Shown here one piece after another: positions 1-13,582 of a DNA stretch of 64,000 nucleotides (position 1 is the stretch's first letter; each line of letters opens with the position of its first letter). This stretch comes from Basidiobolus meristosporus CBS 931.73 (lineage: Eukaryota > Fungi > Basidiobolomycota). The notes under the pieces are model-generated. The model was not told the origin of the DNA. It searched no databases and saw nothing but the letters and a program-made list of their open reading frames with translations. A program made the translations under genes and the position numbers. The stretch lies in assembly GCA_002104905.1 (NCBI GenBank), contig MCFE01000354.1, positions 24,091 through 88,090 on the forward strand, in the 5' to 3' direction.

Positions 1-3000
1 AGAAGCTGGATGATGATGACATAGATACCACGGATGTTGAGAGTATCCTGAAGTTTGGTGCCAAGGCGTTGTTTGATGAAGAAAACAATCCAGATTTGGC
101 CGAGAGCAGAACCATCAGATACGATGATACTGCCATAGAGAAGCTGCTAGAGAGAACCAGTGACGAGCCTGACTCGACCGAATCTCCGCGTATCGCTAAC
201 AACACCGCAGGGTCATTCAGCTTTGCCAGGGTCTGGGTCAATGACCATGAGGTTGAGGATTCGGAAACAGGAGATGAGAACTATTGGGAGAATATTTTGA
301 AAGATCGTTTAGCCGAGAAGAAGGCTGAAGATACGGTCGAGTATGGTCGTGGTGCTCGAAGAACAAAGGTAAGATATCGGTCAACTTTGAGCAACATCGT
401 AGCGACTGGTTAGTTAACCCCTTCGTATTAGAAAATCCACTACTCGGAGCAACTCGACGGAGCTTTGGAGAAAACGCCGAAAAAGAAGTCTCGGGCAGTT
501 CAGCCTCAAGACGATAATGACTATGAGAATGTTGTAGTAAGCGAAAGCGAATCGGAAACCGCCGAAGAGTTTGATAAAGATGAGATGTCAGTTCAAACCC
601 CTGCCCAACCAACCCCAACGCCTCAAGTACCAGCAGCTAATGCTGTGCTTCAGCCATTAAACTTGAAGCAAACCAAAAGCGAGAATTTTATCAACTATGC
701 TGGTCCTTCTACATCCAGCACTGCGCCGCAACCCAATGGTTTATACGACTATTCCAACATTCCAAGACTAGAATCCTTAAAACAAGTTCTGCTAAAACGA
801 TATACCGATTATCAGAATACGCTTGCCAAAGCCCGTTTAGTCCCTCCGCAAGGCCAACCTACCGGTGGACTCCAGCCTTCCACATCCTCCATTACTCCTC
901 TCCCTGCTGGACAACAGCAATCTTCCTCGCTGGCTTCTGGATTGGCCCAACAGAATCGCATTACCTCTCCTCCTGGGGTGGCTGTGCCCGGAAAAGCCTT
1001 TGGGTCACCTCAACAAGCTCCAAATGCATCGACGGGGTCAGCAGTTGCCGCGGCCCACCGTTCTCCACAGAAAACTCCGAACTCCCGTTTAGCTGGTTCA
1101 GTCATATCACCACAACAGAACCAGACCGTACTGCCTGGCTCAACTGTAATTGCTGGAGTCCATCGATCACCCCAGACCCAGAGTGGGCCACTACCTGGTT
1201 CAGCCATACCTTCCTCTACGTATAGATCTCCACAGCAGAACCAGGCTGTACTGCCTGGCTCAACTGTGATTAATGGAGTCCATCGATCACCCCAGACCCA
1301 GAGTGGGGTTATACCTGGTACTAGTCGCATCCTCCTCTACGTATAGATCTCCACAGCAGAACCAGGCTGCACTACCCGGCTCAGCCGTGATTGCTGGAAC
1401 TCATCGATCACCTCAGACCCAAGGTGGTTCTCTACCTGGTTCAGCCATACCTTCCACTACGTATAGATCTCCACAGCAGAACCAGGCTGCACTGCCTGGC
1501 TCAACTGTGATTGCTGGAGCCCATCGATCGCCTCACACCCAGAGTGGACCTCTACCTGGTACTGTCGCATCCTCCTCTACTTATCGGTCCCCACAGCAGA
1601 ACCAGGCTGCACTACCCGGCTCAGCAGTGGCCACTACTGCTCATCAATCACCTCAACAGAGCCAGTCTGGACTACCTAGCCAATCTCCTCGGGCTCGGAA
1701 CGCTTCACTTTCCAATTCTTCCTCGTCCGTTAGCCATCAATCACCACAACTGATCCAGAGTAAACTACCCAGTTTGGCAACTCCTCAAAGTCCACCTCAA
1801 CCTGGATCTGCTGGTAATTATCAATCGGCACAACCACAGCGTGCTTTGCAAACACACGGCACTTTCGCCTCTAGTCAAGCTCAATACAATTCATTCCCAC
1901 CAGGCCATATCCACCCATCCCCATCTACAACCTCGACATCTAAACCCTCGGCCAGCCCATCGCTAAGCCACTATACCCCCGGTACTTCAAGCATAGTGAA
2001 TAGTCCTCAGCTCTCAATGGCACAATTCCCTCAGAACACCACCGCTTATCCGCACCAAATCCATCCCCATCAGGCGCAACCGTCGAACTTCAGACCAAAC
2101 TTCAATCAGATTATCCCCCAACACAACCCACCACAGGTTCAACCGGTTCAGAGTAGTCAGATGCAATATGCAAGGCAACAAGGGAGCCAAAGCACTCAGC
2201 CTCTTCCTGACCAATTGCAGAACGCTTTGCTACAACAGATGCAGCAATACTATTCAAACCAAGCCCAACCACCATCTGCTGAGATGCAACAGAAGCAATT
2301 AAGACAGATTGGGTATCTAATGAATCAGGTGCAAAACAATCCATCTGGTCAGCATCACCAGGATCAGGTAAAGCAACTTTATCAAAATCTGCAGAGATAC
2401 TTGCAACAGTATCCTACCCAGCTGAACCAACACCAGCAAACCCAACTGCAGCAGCTTCAACAACAACTCATAAATCAGATGAGCCAGCTACCTCCGCAAA
2501 TCCAATCTCCTCAACAACAACAGCTACTACAGCAGCAACAACAACAACAGCAACAGCTACTACAGCAACAGTTACTGCAACAACGATATCAGCAACAATT
2601 ACTACAGCAGCAGCAACAACATATCAAACAGAAACAGCGACAGAAACAACTGTACTACCAACAACAGATGCTTCAACAAGCAAGGAATCCCATAAGCCAA
2701 GCACAGTCGGCTGCTGTTGTTGACTCACAGCCACCCCCGCCTGTGGTTGAAAATCAACCGATAGACCCGCCAGCCAGCTCACCTAGTATCTCAGACGCCT
2801 CACTGACCAAGAGTCCTCCGACTGCATCGACATCCGATTCCGAGGCAGACCAAATCAATTCCAAAATACTGGATACAAAGAAGGAGTTGCTCAAATCGCT
2901 GGCTAGGCTCAATGAATTACGGCGAGAACGTGAAAGCATCCTTGGGAATCAAGCCAAGAATACGAAATCACCATCCCCCGCCGATGGAACGGGCTCCCAA

Positions 3001-3042
3001 GAGACACCAGCCTCATCTACGCCATCGAAAACTGGTAAATAA
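1..3042 (+). CDS. CHD/Mi-2 (Mit1-like) SNF2-family chromatin remodeller, 3' part; long low-complexity C-terminus
   Basis: Translation has ILKFGAKALFDEE..IRYDDTAIEKLLER and ENYWENILKDR..YGRGARRTK, typical of the post-helicase region of CHD3/4-type proteins. GT-AG intron 369-431 keeps frame into ORF 465. +1 frameshift near 1323 joins to ORF 1273-3042. 5' end lies outside the window. Confidence 0.75.
1105..1700 (+). repeat. Coding tandem repeat, 120-bp period made of two alternating 60-bp (20-aa) units, about 10 units
   Basis: Recurring catcgatcacc..cagacccagagtgg..ctacctgg and tatagatctccacagcagaaccaggctg; peptides HRSPQTQSGPLPGSAIPSST and YRSPQQNQAVLPGSTVIAGV. Confidence 0.9.
2440..2680 (+). 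repeat. CAG/CAA poly-glutamine tract
   Basis: caacaacagctactacagcagcaacaacaacaacag.. encodes QQQQQLLQQQQQQQQQLLQQQ. Confidence 0.9.
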
Positions 3043-4228
3043 TCAGCAATAGCCTGTGTTCAAGTCGGATCCATGCTAATTTTTACGGCATTTAGATCAA
3101 GCTGTCAATCAGACTGATGCAGACGCTGACAAGGATGATGTAAATCAAAGTGGTCACATCACCAAGGAGACATCATCCACATAGAAATCACATCATCAGC
3201 CTCCTCGCACTTGATCCTTACACCTGATTTTCCAATGTCTAAATAAGTTCACAATAGAATAAATCTTAATTGATGAATGAGGAGCATTCATCAATACCCG
3301 GACTAGTCGATTCAGGAGATGTGAGTCCCGTGATCCTCCAGATGCCCTAGGAACACAGAGGACTAATCTCCGTAACACATTCACTTGCACATCTCACCAT
3401 GCTGCAGATTCTGTTCCATGGTGACTAACCATTCAACCTATTTATGGCTAACCTGATGGCACCCACCTGATGGCACCTACCTACGTATGTAACCCTTTTC
3501 TGGTACATGCTGTTCTCTAGGAAGGTTTAGGCTGTGTTCACGTGTGTGATACCTGGCATTGCTTTGAACTGATTGTGCTCCTTCCTAGAGAACAGCACTG
3601 CACTCGGGTAATGGCTTTACCAAGCCCACCATATATGGGCATGGGAGATAGTGAAGAGAAACATCTCCCGGTCCGGCCTGATTCTCCCACTCTACCATTC
3701 GGGTAAAGAGGAGCGAGGATGAGCTCACTCGGCTTCCAGATTTGAACTTATCGAATTAATAACCGCCTACTCCCATGGCGCAACCAGGATAAGCGGTCAC
3801 CAAGCACCTTTGGCACAATGTGGTGGATCCAGGGAGAGCCCGACGAAACGAAACCTAAACCGAAGGGGTAGTGATCAATTGTGTCGGCAGCGCTGGCCAA
3901 CCTGTTGAGCATCTGTTTATTCCATGTGATAGCTGGCCACTCATCCCGGGACCGAGACATCCGAACATATGACAGCGGATGGAGAGAGCAACATGTGGGC
4001 GCTGAAGAGATTTTATATGGCTCGTTTTCAATACTGTGATCAGTCAAAATGGACATTCTTTACATCATGGGCTTTCATGCCGTCTAATGGTACAAATAAA
4101 AAAAGGGCGATTCTATTGAAAGAAAGGGGGTGGGGTGGGGTGGCTATCTAACATGCAATAAAGAGAAGCGAGAGTAAACGTTTTGAGGGGCTGAATCTAC
4201 AGAGCGGGGTGGTGTTCATGGAAGCGGT

Positions 4229-5149
4229 CTACATGTCTGGTACACTGGCGTCGTCAGACATGCACTCCTCACTTCCGTAGAAATGCTCAAGAACAGGTGA
4301 CGGGCTCTCCTCGGGGACGGTCTGATTGATTTCCATATACATACTCCAGAAGTATTTGAAATCCTCATACGACACAAATAAGTCAAACTGTAGGAAACTC
4401 AGAAATTCCAACTCCATACGGGTAAGCTCAGGGGTGGAGAAAATGGAACTCAGGCGCGCCCAGTGCTCATTGGGGGAAATCAGGGATGAGAGAGGAATTG
4501 CCGGTGATGAGCCGTCACATGAGCCTTGGGCGGATTTCGACAGGGAGCTGATGTGGGCTTGGATATACTTGGATGCGATCATGTATGAGACCAGGAAGAG
4601 TCGGAGGCCACAGCCGGCCTCGCCCTTGGCCGATGGGTGCATCTTCTTGAGGCGATCCACGTAGATGAGAGACAGGACAAGCGCTACGCATGAGAACGAC
4701 GGGAATTCGGTGGACAGAGCGGAGCTGACTACAGGCGCAAGAGATGTTCGTGTGAGGATAGTAGAGATGTATGAGGAAAGCTGGACGGTTCTGGCCGATT
4801 GTGGAGAGACGCCGCTTTGCACACCCTCCCAATGGGCCTGGATCCGACTAGCAGTCTTGTTGATTACATGGGAGCTCAGTTGCAGTCCGCCGGGAATAGT
4901 GGATAGCTTCTTGAATAGGTCGTTTTGGCTGGATGTGGGGCTTGGAAGGTAGAGGGAAGCGTATGCCTCGGCCACCTGGTTGCGAGAGGAGACAGGTGCA
5001 CGACGAGTGGCGAGGGGTTTTTTGTGCTGTTGTGGTTGAGTGGGTCTTGGAGCAAGGACGTTGCGATGATCTGCGGGAATACGGCCAGATAGTCTTTTCA
5101 GGTTCATACCTTGATGGGTATAGGGGCGGTTCTGCTTTGGGCAAACCAT
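4229..5149 (-). CDS. Cyclin-box protein, Pho80/Pcl-like family
   Basis: Intronless 306-aa ORF with LVLSLIYVDRLKK..GCGLRLFLVSYMIASKY and W..LS.IFS..ELTRMELEFLSFLQFDLFVS, the Pcl/Pho80 cyclin signature. Confidence 0.85.
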   Translation of the reverse strand: MVCPKQNRPYTHQGMNLKRLSGRIPADHRNVLAPRPTQPQQHKKPLATRRAPVSSRNQVAEAYASLYLPSPTSSQNDLFKKLSTIPGGLQLSSHVINKTASRIQAHWEGVQSGVSPQSARTVQLSSYISTILTRTSLAPVVSSALSTEFPSFSCVALVLSLIYVDRLKKMHPSAKGEAGCGLRLFLVSYMIASKYIQAHISSLSKSAQGSCDGSSPAIPLSSLISPNEHWARLSSIFSTPELTRMELEFLSFLQFDLFVSYEDFKYFWSMYMEINQTVPEESPSPVLEHFYGSEECMSDDASVPDM

Positions 5150-7834
5150 TCTATGATATTTGGCAAGGGAAGTTTTGGGTTCAGTTGAGAGGCGACGGGG
5201 GATATATAAGTAGCCAGGCAGTCAGAGCGGCGATGTGTGAGTTGATGGAAGAAGTAGGGAAATCAGCGATATGTGTGGGGAAGACTTGGAAAAAAGTTGC
5301 GAAAGGAGCGTGAATAGTCAAGCGTGAACTGTGCAGCGTACAGTTGATCTTTTTAAAATCCGGTCGATTGGATGTGCCAGGTGAGGACTAACCTTGCCTG
5401 CCTACGCTCTTATATACAATTTCCGAAATCGCTGTTTCACTGGATCTTAGCCACCAGTTTGATGTAGAGGGAGCAGTCCAGCCCGTATAAATAACGAATA
5501 TCAGAAATTCACCTGGGTTTAGCCGGTGATTCAATGCAACGTTGGGTGATTCGTCGAATCACCTTTGTAATCAGCCATAAGCGGCGATTAGGGTCACACT
5601 AATATTTCTGCTGATTCGCTCAATCGCTCAGCTTTAATCTCCATTCACTGCCTAAATCTCCATTCAATTCCTTCCTAATTTATCCTAATTGATCAAGCCG
5701 CATCGGACTATTTGCTCCAAGGTGAAGCAACAACTAAACGTCACTGTGGAGGAGAGGCTGGTCAAGATCCTACTGTAAGCCACACATCCACTACGTGACA
5801 TTCGGAAGGTTGCCCCTTTTTCATTCGATTTTTGCTGATCAATTTAACTTGGTCTACCTCATCACTCTCTCATAGCTCCCCTAATTGATGACCCATATCG
5901 GTCTGTCACGTGATGAGGATGTTGTGGATGTGGTGTGATATGGTGTGGACGTGGACGTGGATGTGGATATGGACGTGGACGCGAATGTGGTATGTGGTAT
6001 GTGGCATGTGGTATGGGCTGGGGTGGGGTGGTGTAATAGGTGTGGTGTTGTAGGTTTTCTGGGCAGAATCAATACCTAGTCTTGACCACGAAAGTACGTT
6101 CCTGAAGACCCACCAGCCTCTGTTTGAGACATGGAACGTTCATAGAACGGTTGGGAAGGTTCTGGTTTGACACAACCAATCATCCCAAACCAGAAATCGT
6201 GGCTGAGTTCGATATTCTCAATCCCACGTTCGCGACGGATATTCCTGGCGGATATTCGTGGACCAAATAAGGGGATGTGAAGGTGATGTTGGTTGACGTT
6301 GAAGTGTGCGTATTCATCAGATTGGCGCCCATTGTCCATTGATGGGGTATCATCAGGCATTAGCATCAATGTTGACATCCCCCAGACTAGCTATTCGTTG
6401 ATCAGTCCATGCATCACTGCAAACACTGGGCAAGACTTTGTTGACATGGCATTGTGGACTAACCCAATCGTGAATTGAACCCTGTTCAGATCTCCTTTGC
6501 CAGGTCCTGAGTCACCAAACCTGGAGATTTGGTGCTGCCACGCTAATTAGTTCAATCCTTCCACTGCACTTGCCAAATCTGCCACTTTATTCAGGAACCG
6601 AAGGTGCCAGTCTATTGTTGATGTGTGCATGATAAACACACCCCAAACATGTTCCTATTTCAGCCTGCACACTGACCATTCCGGACAATGTGCGTTCCAA
6701 GGTTTCAGCACCAAACCTGACAATATTTCATGATAGCGTGGCGAGACTGGTGTGAAGTGTATAGGTTGCTGATCTGGTGGTCTTTCTGTGATTGATCCAT
6801 GCACGCCGGATTTCTTACTGGCTGATTGCCGACATCAAATCATTGTCTAGGGGACAGCGGGAACTTGTCAGAATGATGCTGATGCCTGGTAATTCCTGTG
6901 AAGAACAGTGGAATTCCCTCTAGCGCTTCTATGCTGATCATCCGTGCAGGCAACTACGAATGGTTGATCGTTTTAGAATCTCGACCTGGACTTTTGAGTG
7001 GGAATCTCATCAATGCGACACAATGTTGATCTTAATGATTAGTGATGGTGTAGGCAGGAATCTCCCCTATTTCTGATGGCCATTTATGTACGTTACCACA
7101 GTGATTGTGGTATTCGAGGCTTTCTTGTGGGTGTCCAAAGGTACGAGGGCCTAATCACGGTTACCTAAATGAATGCCTTCCCACCCCTATGCCAAAGAAC
7201 GCAATCTATCCATTCCACCACGACCCAGACCCAGACCCAACCTTCCCTTCCCAACGCCAAGTACAGGTTTTGGAAGATGAACAATACCATATAGACATAA
7301 CCATCGGTCATTTGTATTCGGTTAAACCCAAACGTAGAAAAACCTACCCAATGCTCGTCCACCAGGTGCTTTGACACCGCCTTGAGACATTCCCGTAATT
7401 TCACACGGCGCTGTACCATTCTCTTCCGTGCTGATGGGGCTCATACATATCGTAATATACGCACCAATCGTAGAATTATTTAATGAACCATCTGAACCAT
7501 CGCCTTCCCCAGGTTACCAAGTCCGAAACTTGGCCCCAGACGCCGAAAAATACTCTAACCTAGATGGACGTGGTCGATCCGGGTTGCTGCTGGCCGTCAT
7601 CGATTATGTGACATGCATTGATTGCTGGAGATTATCGCAGGTTGGGTTATCCACAATTTATATAGGATTGGAATAAAAACACATGAAAGGTTTTACAAGT
7701 GAACACATGGGAGCAAGAATGGCGAGAGTATTACGAAAAATGTAAACTGTGGGGATAAGGAAATGATGGTGAGATAGAATATGTATGTAATTAGTGATGA
7801 TATGTGCTGGGATGAAGAGCGGGGTCTAGAGGGG

Positions 7835-10800
7835 TTAGAGTTGGCCTTGGAGGACCAATTCAATGGAATTATTGATGAAATCCCTACGAGGATTCATGTC
7901 TACACCAAAGACTAACGCTAATTGTTCTCGAACTTGCTTCTTTGTTACAGTCATCAAGTCCGCGGTGGATAGTATGTGTCGGATCTCGCTGAGGATCTCT
8001 TGGTCGGTAGGATAGTAGCCGGCATCGCTGCTAGGTTGGGGTGATGGCATGGCCATGGGCATCTGCTGGCCAGGGTAATCGTAATGCGATTGAAGGGCAG
8101 CCGAGTGTCTGTCAGGTGACATATCATGTCCGTATTGAGAATAGGCTAATGAGCTGCGAGAATCGACGTTTGGTCCATAGCTACTGCGTGTGGACCCATT
8201 GAAACCTGGGCTGAGCATGGCCGCAGGGGAGAGATGCGATGCTGGACGTTGCTCAGGATATCCTTGGCTTTGGTAGTAGCTCGACTGTTTGTCATAATAG
8301 TTTCCTGCGCCCATTTGAGATCCACCATACTGAGACCCGGTAAAAGGTGAAGGTGAACGATATGGGGACCCTTCGTACTGTGAGCCTTCAAATCTACTTC
8401 TGGATCTGGATCTGGAGGTATGGTCCCTAGAAGCGCTAGAGCCGGCTTCCCAGGCTTCCTGCTCAAATTGGCTCCACTTCTTCATTGGAATGGCCTTGGG
8501 ATTGAATGGCTCCTCATTGGAAACCATCTTCTTCTCTCCCTTGTCTCCGACAATCACACGAGTATTACCCCACGAGAAATCGTCGAAATGCCAGAACGCA
8601 TAAATAGGAATGGCAAATGAGAAGAGAGGCATTGCGAGCAGATAAATGATCATCCAACCAACATGTTGCCATTGGCGCTTGAGGATGAAAATAATGGCTT
8701 GAAGACCGTATACCACACCAAACATAATCAAGGCGACAGTACTCAAACTGCTAGGATCAATAATTGCGGAAACAATCAGGTAGATGAGGTAGACCACGGT
8801 GGCTGGCATAGTGATGGTTCCGAAAAGATCCAGGAATACCACGAAGCGCATGGAGAAACAGCAGAATCCGCAAAGGTCAGAAAGGAAAAACAACTCAAAC
8901 AAGTTATGCACAGTGGAATTGATCCAGCGACGACGTTGGGAGAGCAGAACCGACCATTTCTCTGGTGCCACGGTATAACACAGAGCATCAGGGGTGAACT
9001 TCATCTTGTATTGTGGGAAATGCTTCAGCATCAGCGTGGTCAGATAACGATCCTCACCAAGCGAGAGCAAGTTCTTCTTGTGCAGTGTATCCACGTTGTT
9101 CTCCGAGTAGTCGTTGATGACCTCGTTGTTGATGATCAGCGGCGATCCCTTGATCGTTCGGATACGGTACATACAGAAACATCCGGGTAAGCAGGTCACA
9201 CTGCCGAACAGACTCTCGAATGCCTTGGCAAGGTGATGGGAGATGTAGTACTCGTACACCTGGATCATCGTCGCCCACGAGAACTCCTCGTTGGCAAGTT
9301 GCGTTTCTCCACACAGTCCAATGATCCTTGCGTCGTGCGTCATGCAGGCAATCAGCCGAGTGAGCGAGTCCGCCTTTACCTCAGTATCCGCATCCACCAT
9401 CAGAATGTACTCGTAGAAGGCCGGGTTGACTCCGATCACATTCTTGATCTGGTGGTAGATCTCCAGGTCCAGAGGGGACATCTCGCTGTCGAAGTGCACC
9501 CGGTTCAGGAAGTTCATCAGAATGATCTGCGAGTCACGCTTGCCTCGATTGCCTGGACGTGAGCGCTCGCTTGGCTTGCCGACCTTGGCCACAACAATGT
9601 ATGGAACCACATGGCCCTCGAACTCGTACAATCCGGAATACACCTTGGCCATGTTGTGCTGCTGGTTACCTTCGCCTATACTCTGGAAACTGAAAGGCTC
9701 AGGGTCGTAATCGGGATCCACACCCAAGATATCGCATACGATTCTAGGAGTAGGGCGGTCATTTCCACTACCAATGATCATGCCATCAGCAATGAGGAAG
9801 ATAAGCTTTCTCTTGTCATCATACTGCAGTCCGGCCAAAGAGTCAATTGTCTTGCGCAACGAATCCTCACCTTCAGTGTAACAGGGAACTTGACAGATAA
9901 CGAACTTGTCCAGATCCTCGGGTCTACGCTTCGAGGTTAGCTGAAGAGCAGCCAGGAATTTGATCACAATGACAGCACATAGCAAGATAGCGAACGCAAC
10001 CGGAATCCAATAGGCAAATTGGCATTTGACACCTTTTCGGGTATCAACCAAACCAGCATAGAACTGATTGTTTAGACAATTCATAGTCTGGGCATAATCC
10101 GCCCTATTCGCCCAGTACTTATTCCATGTTTCGGTGATATCGACCGGTCTGTCAACTGCTGAGAAGATTGCTTTGACGCTTTTATCCATGAATTCGTACT
10201 GCGCGTTTTGGCCAATTGCTGCGATATAGGTATCCAGGTTGTAGACACGTCCGTTGATGACCTTCCATCCCCTGCCAGAATTCTGGGTAATAGTCGATAT
10301 GTTGTACGCTACATCCCCTTTTTGAAGCCGCTTAATGGTGGGCAAAGCAGTGTTGTAAAACCAATATGGATCTATCAAGTCGCCGGGGGATAGATTTTTC
10401 TTCCCAATTATGTGTTCTGCGGTATATTGATATGAGGGGTACTCGGAGTAGTTATATTTCAATGCGAATCCTGAAGCAAAAGTAAACCCTGCGCACGAAA
10501 CCTCTATCGGAATTTGAAAGGAGCTATCGACATTGTTCCCGTTGTCTGCATTAAAATATATTTCCTCGAGGGCGGCTTGGCTGCGACCCTGCGGATTACT
10601 ATTACTCACGGCGTGATTGGTTATAAAGTTCGAGACGTCATACACCTTTCCTTTCAGAGTCACAAATATATCGCCAGCACCGGTATGATAACCTACATCA
10701 TGTGGAGTGTAGTAGTAGACCCGTGGACAAAGGATAAGCCCCAGGCCAATAATGAAGAACATCAACACCCCCCACATCAGGACGATAAGTATGCACAAAG

Positions 10801-13582
10801 CCAACTTCTCTCTCCAGGCGATTTGAACATCCGGGCGCTTCATACCACACATGGATATCATGAATGTAGGAATCCACCATGTTAGACCCCATGTCATACA
10901 CATCCAGACACGTCTACCTCGAGTTACTGGTCTGTCTTCCTCAACGGGGGCGGGTACTGATTGCATCTCCTGGGCTTTTTGAAGCTCAATATCACCAGCG
11001 AATTGGCTTGCGACCTCCATCTTCGTGCCACGTTCACTGCCATAATTACTGGCCTCGTCTTCGCCATAATGACCATACCCTCCACGGGTTTGATCTGCCT
11101 TATGTCTTGAGTAATCTTCCTCGCTATAGCAACTAACATCATCTTCGAAATAGCCTGATGCAGGATCGGATCCATATTTGGGTGGATTGAGGTAGGGGGC
11201 AGAACGTAGATTGACCCCGCGACTGTCTTGCTGGTTGAACCAGAAGCCAACGATTCGTCATCCCGAATGCCTCCCTCGGCATTTCGGAATTTCTGAGCCG
11301 CTCTGTCCTCTTTCTCCATCGATCTGAGGCTATCCTCAAGCTCCTTCCATACATGCTCGCTCAGGAAGACTCGGCCTACACTTCCGATGGTCAGGTCATA
11401 GTCTTTCCAGCCGCTGATCATTTTCACTGCTTCAATCTTCTCTCTTGTACCGCGAGTGTTGTCCAAATCGAGCTGCTCGAAGATCACATTGTATCTTTCA
11501 AGGAATTCCTCATAGAGGAAACTGGCAGTGAAATCGGTGCCCAATCGAGTTGCAATGGAGTCTACAAGATAGGTACGCAATTGACCGGAAACTGCTTTAG
11601 GATCGAAACGTCCATTGGCTTGCTGTTCATTTGACTTGAGTAGAATCATGAACCAAGTATGCGTCTCATCGATGGTATCAAAAATATCAGTGAGTGTTGC
11701 ATTGAGCTGCTTGAGAACAGAGGAGGTCTTGTGGCTTTTAGCTTCCTTGCTGTCTGGGCTTGGTCGTTTCTTATAGCGTCTACTAGGCTGTCTCATCGGC
11801 TTGGTTGGCTGCTGAGCTGAAACGATAGTTTGCTTGCTGCGGGGATGACTCTCAGTAGATATAGCTGCACTACTAAACAGCTCAGTCACAAAGGCGTTAG
11901 TGCTTGGTTGGCTGCCACGGAAAAGAGCGACAAAATCGGCATCTAAGATATCCCGATTCTTCTCGGTGAATTGGTCAAGACTGTATTGAACAGTCCCAGC
12001 GAAATGATTGATGCCAAATTCAGGGCCGCTTTGCGAGGTGCGATATGATGAATGACGATTGAATGAGTCGTTGATCTTCAGTACCAACTTCGACGAGTCT
12101 TCATCTGTGTCCTCACTGCATACTTCATCCAAATAGTCTATCATGCCGGGGCGGTCTTTTCCACATAGTAGCTCCATACAACCAGAGTTGTCCATGTACG
12201 CTAACTCGGGAAGAGCAACTCTTTCTTCCCTGAGCTCGGCATTAATGCCAACACCATAATCAAAAATCCGATGGAGCATCATACTATGGACCTTTTCATT
12301 GGCGAAATTGATGCAGAATTGCTCGAATCCGTTTTCAGCTGCGGTTTGGAAGCCGAATTGGTCCAAAACTCCAATGAAATTGGATGGCTCGTCATGACAA
12401 ATACGGGTGTTGATAGCCTCTACTACCCAGGTGAACAGAAGAGAGTAGAGCGCGCGGGCGAGGGAATCTCTCTGCTCTGATGCTGCATTGGCGTTGAGGA
12501 ACACTGTGCAGACGTCCTTGCCGATATACTTGGATTTATATATAAGAGCATCCGAAAGAGTGGAAGGAGAGACGCCTAAACCTTCGGCCACCTGCTCGAG
12601 AACATCCTCATTCTTAACGTAGCAGGTATCCTCCTTGCCGAAATCATCAGCAAACTGAAGGGTTCCGATTTGAAGGATTGTGGCCAAGAGACGGAAGATC
12701 TGGACTTGGATCTTTGTTTTCAGTCCTAATGCCTTCATGGCACTGCGCAACTCTTGGAATTTAGCCGCGTCACCTGGGGTGGCGCTAATATCGTAAGCAG
12801 TATGAGCAAGATAGGGGTACTGAACGAGGTCGTGGATCCCGAGGGCGCTTCTCTCATCAGCCGAAGCACCAGCCAAGAGATAATAAAAAGCGTTAAAATT
12901 TCTCTCTTGAGCAGGCGCATTAGTGACTCTGGATTTCTCTAGCAGGTAGCTTAGAGTTTTCGCACCAATCAGCTTGCCGCGAGCATTATACTGCACCTCT
13001 TGGAACATGCCATAACGAGATGCGTTGTTGTTAAGAAGGGTTTTGGCGTTACCGAAAGCCTCTAATATAGTGTGTGCCTGCTGGATTTGGTTGTGTACTT
13101 TAACCTCCTTTCCATGAGAGGCCAGGTGGCATAGCTGACGAATGATACTTCTGTATGCCTCGGTTTTACCGCTCCCGCTCAAACCGCTATAAATCATCGT
13201 TGTATTAGAACAGAGCAAGTGTGAACCAGCTTGGACTATTGCAGCCTTTAGTTTACCTTAGGATGATGGCTTGGTCAATGCCGCTTCTACGGAGATGCAA
13301 ATATGCTTGGGAGGCAAGCTCAAAAGTGTGTGGTGGGAGTGAAGGAGGATTTCCACTGGTGTCTCTATAGCAAGTTTCGGCGTATTGGTGGACCAATGCT
13401 TCATTATTTACATCTGACTGTCCGAATGGATTGACAAAGACTAGAGCGGAGCTGTTGATTTTTGTATAGTATTCTTGGTATTCGAAACGTTGCTGCAAGA
13501 CACGTAAAACGGTATCATCGGTAATGTTTGTTAGTTGGCTTAGGTCATCACAACCTGCACCGCCCATGTTGCCGGAAGACAT
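7835..13582 (-). CDS. Class V chitin synthase with N-terminal myosin motor-like domain (MMD, cytochrome-b5-like, Chitin_synth_2, DEK_C)
   Basis: ATG at 13582; intron 13187-13256 gives the P-loop ILSGLSGSGKTE; LEAFGNAKT and IGVLDQFGF myosin motifs; b5-like TLKGKVYDVSNF; catalytic LMVDADT, LGEDRYL, QRRRW; C-terminal DEK-like LMTVTKKQVREQL. One frameshift near 11238. Confidence 0.95.

Noticed and set aside
5930-6050. GTGGAY/GTGGT simple repeats and ORF 5881-6072
   Set aside because: Low-complexity microsatellite; the ST-rich translation is a by-product.
6076-7420. ORFs 6076-6378 (-) and 7105-7374 (+)
   Set aside because: No motif, no convincing splice structure; could not support a gene call.
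8146-10901. Many short ORFs overlapping the chitin synthase on both strands
   Set aside because: Alternative-frame shadows of a well-supported CDS.
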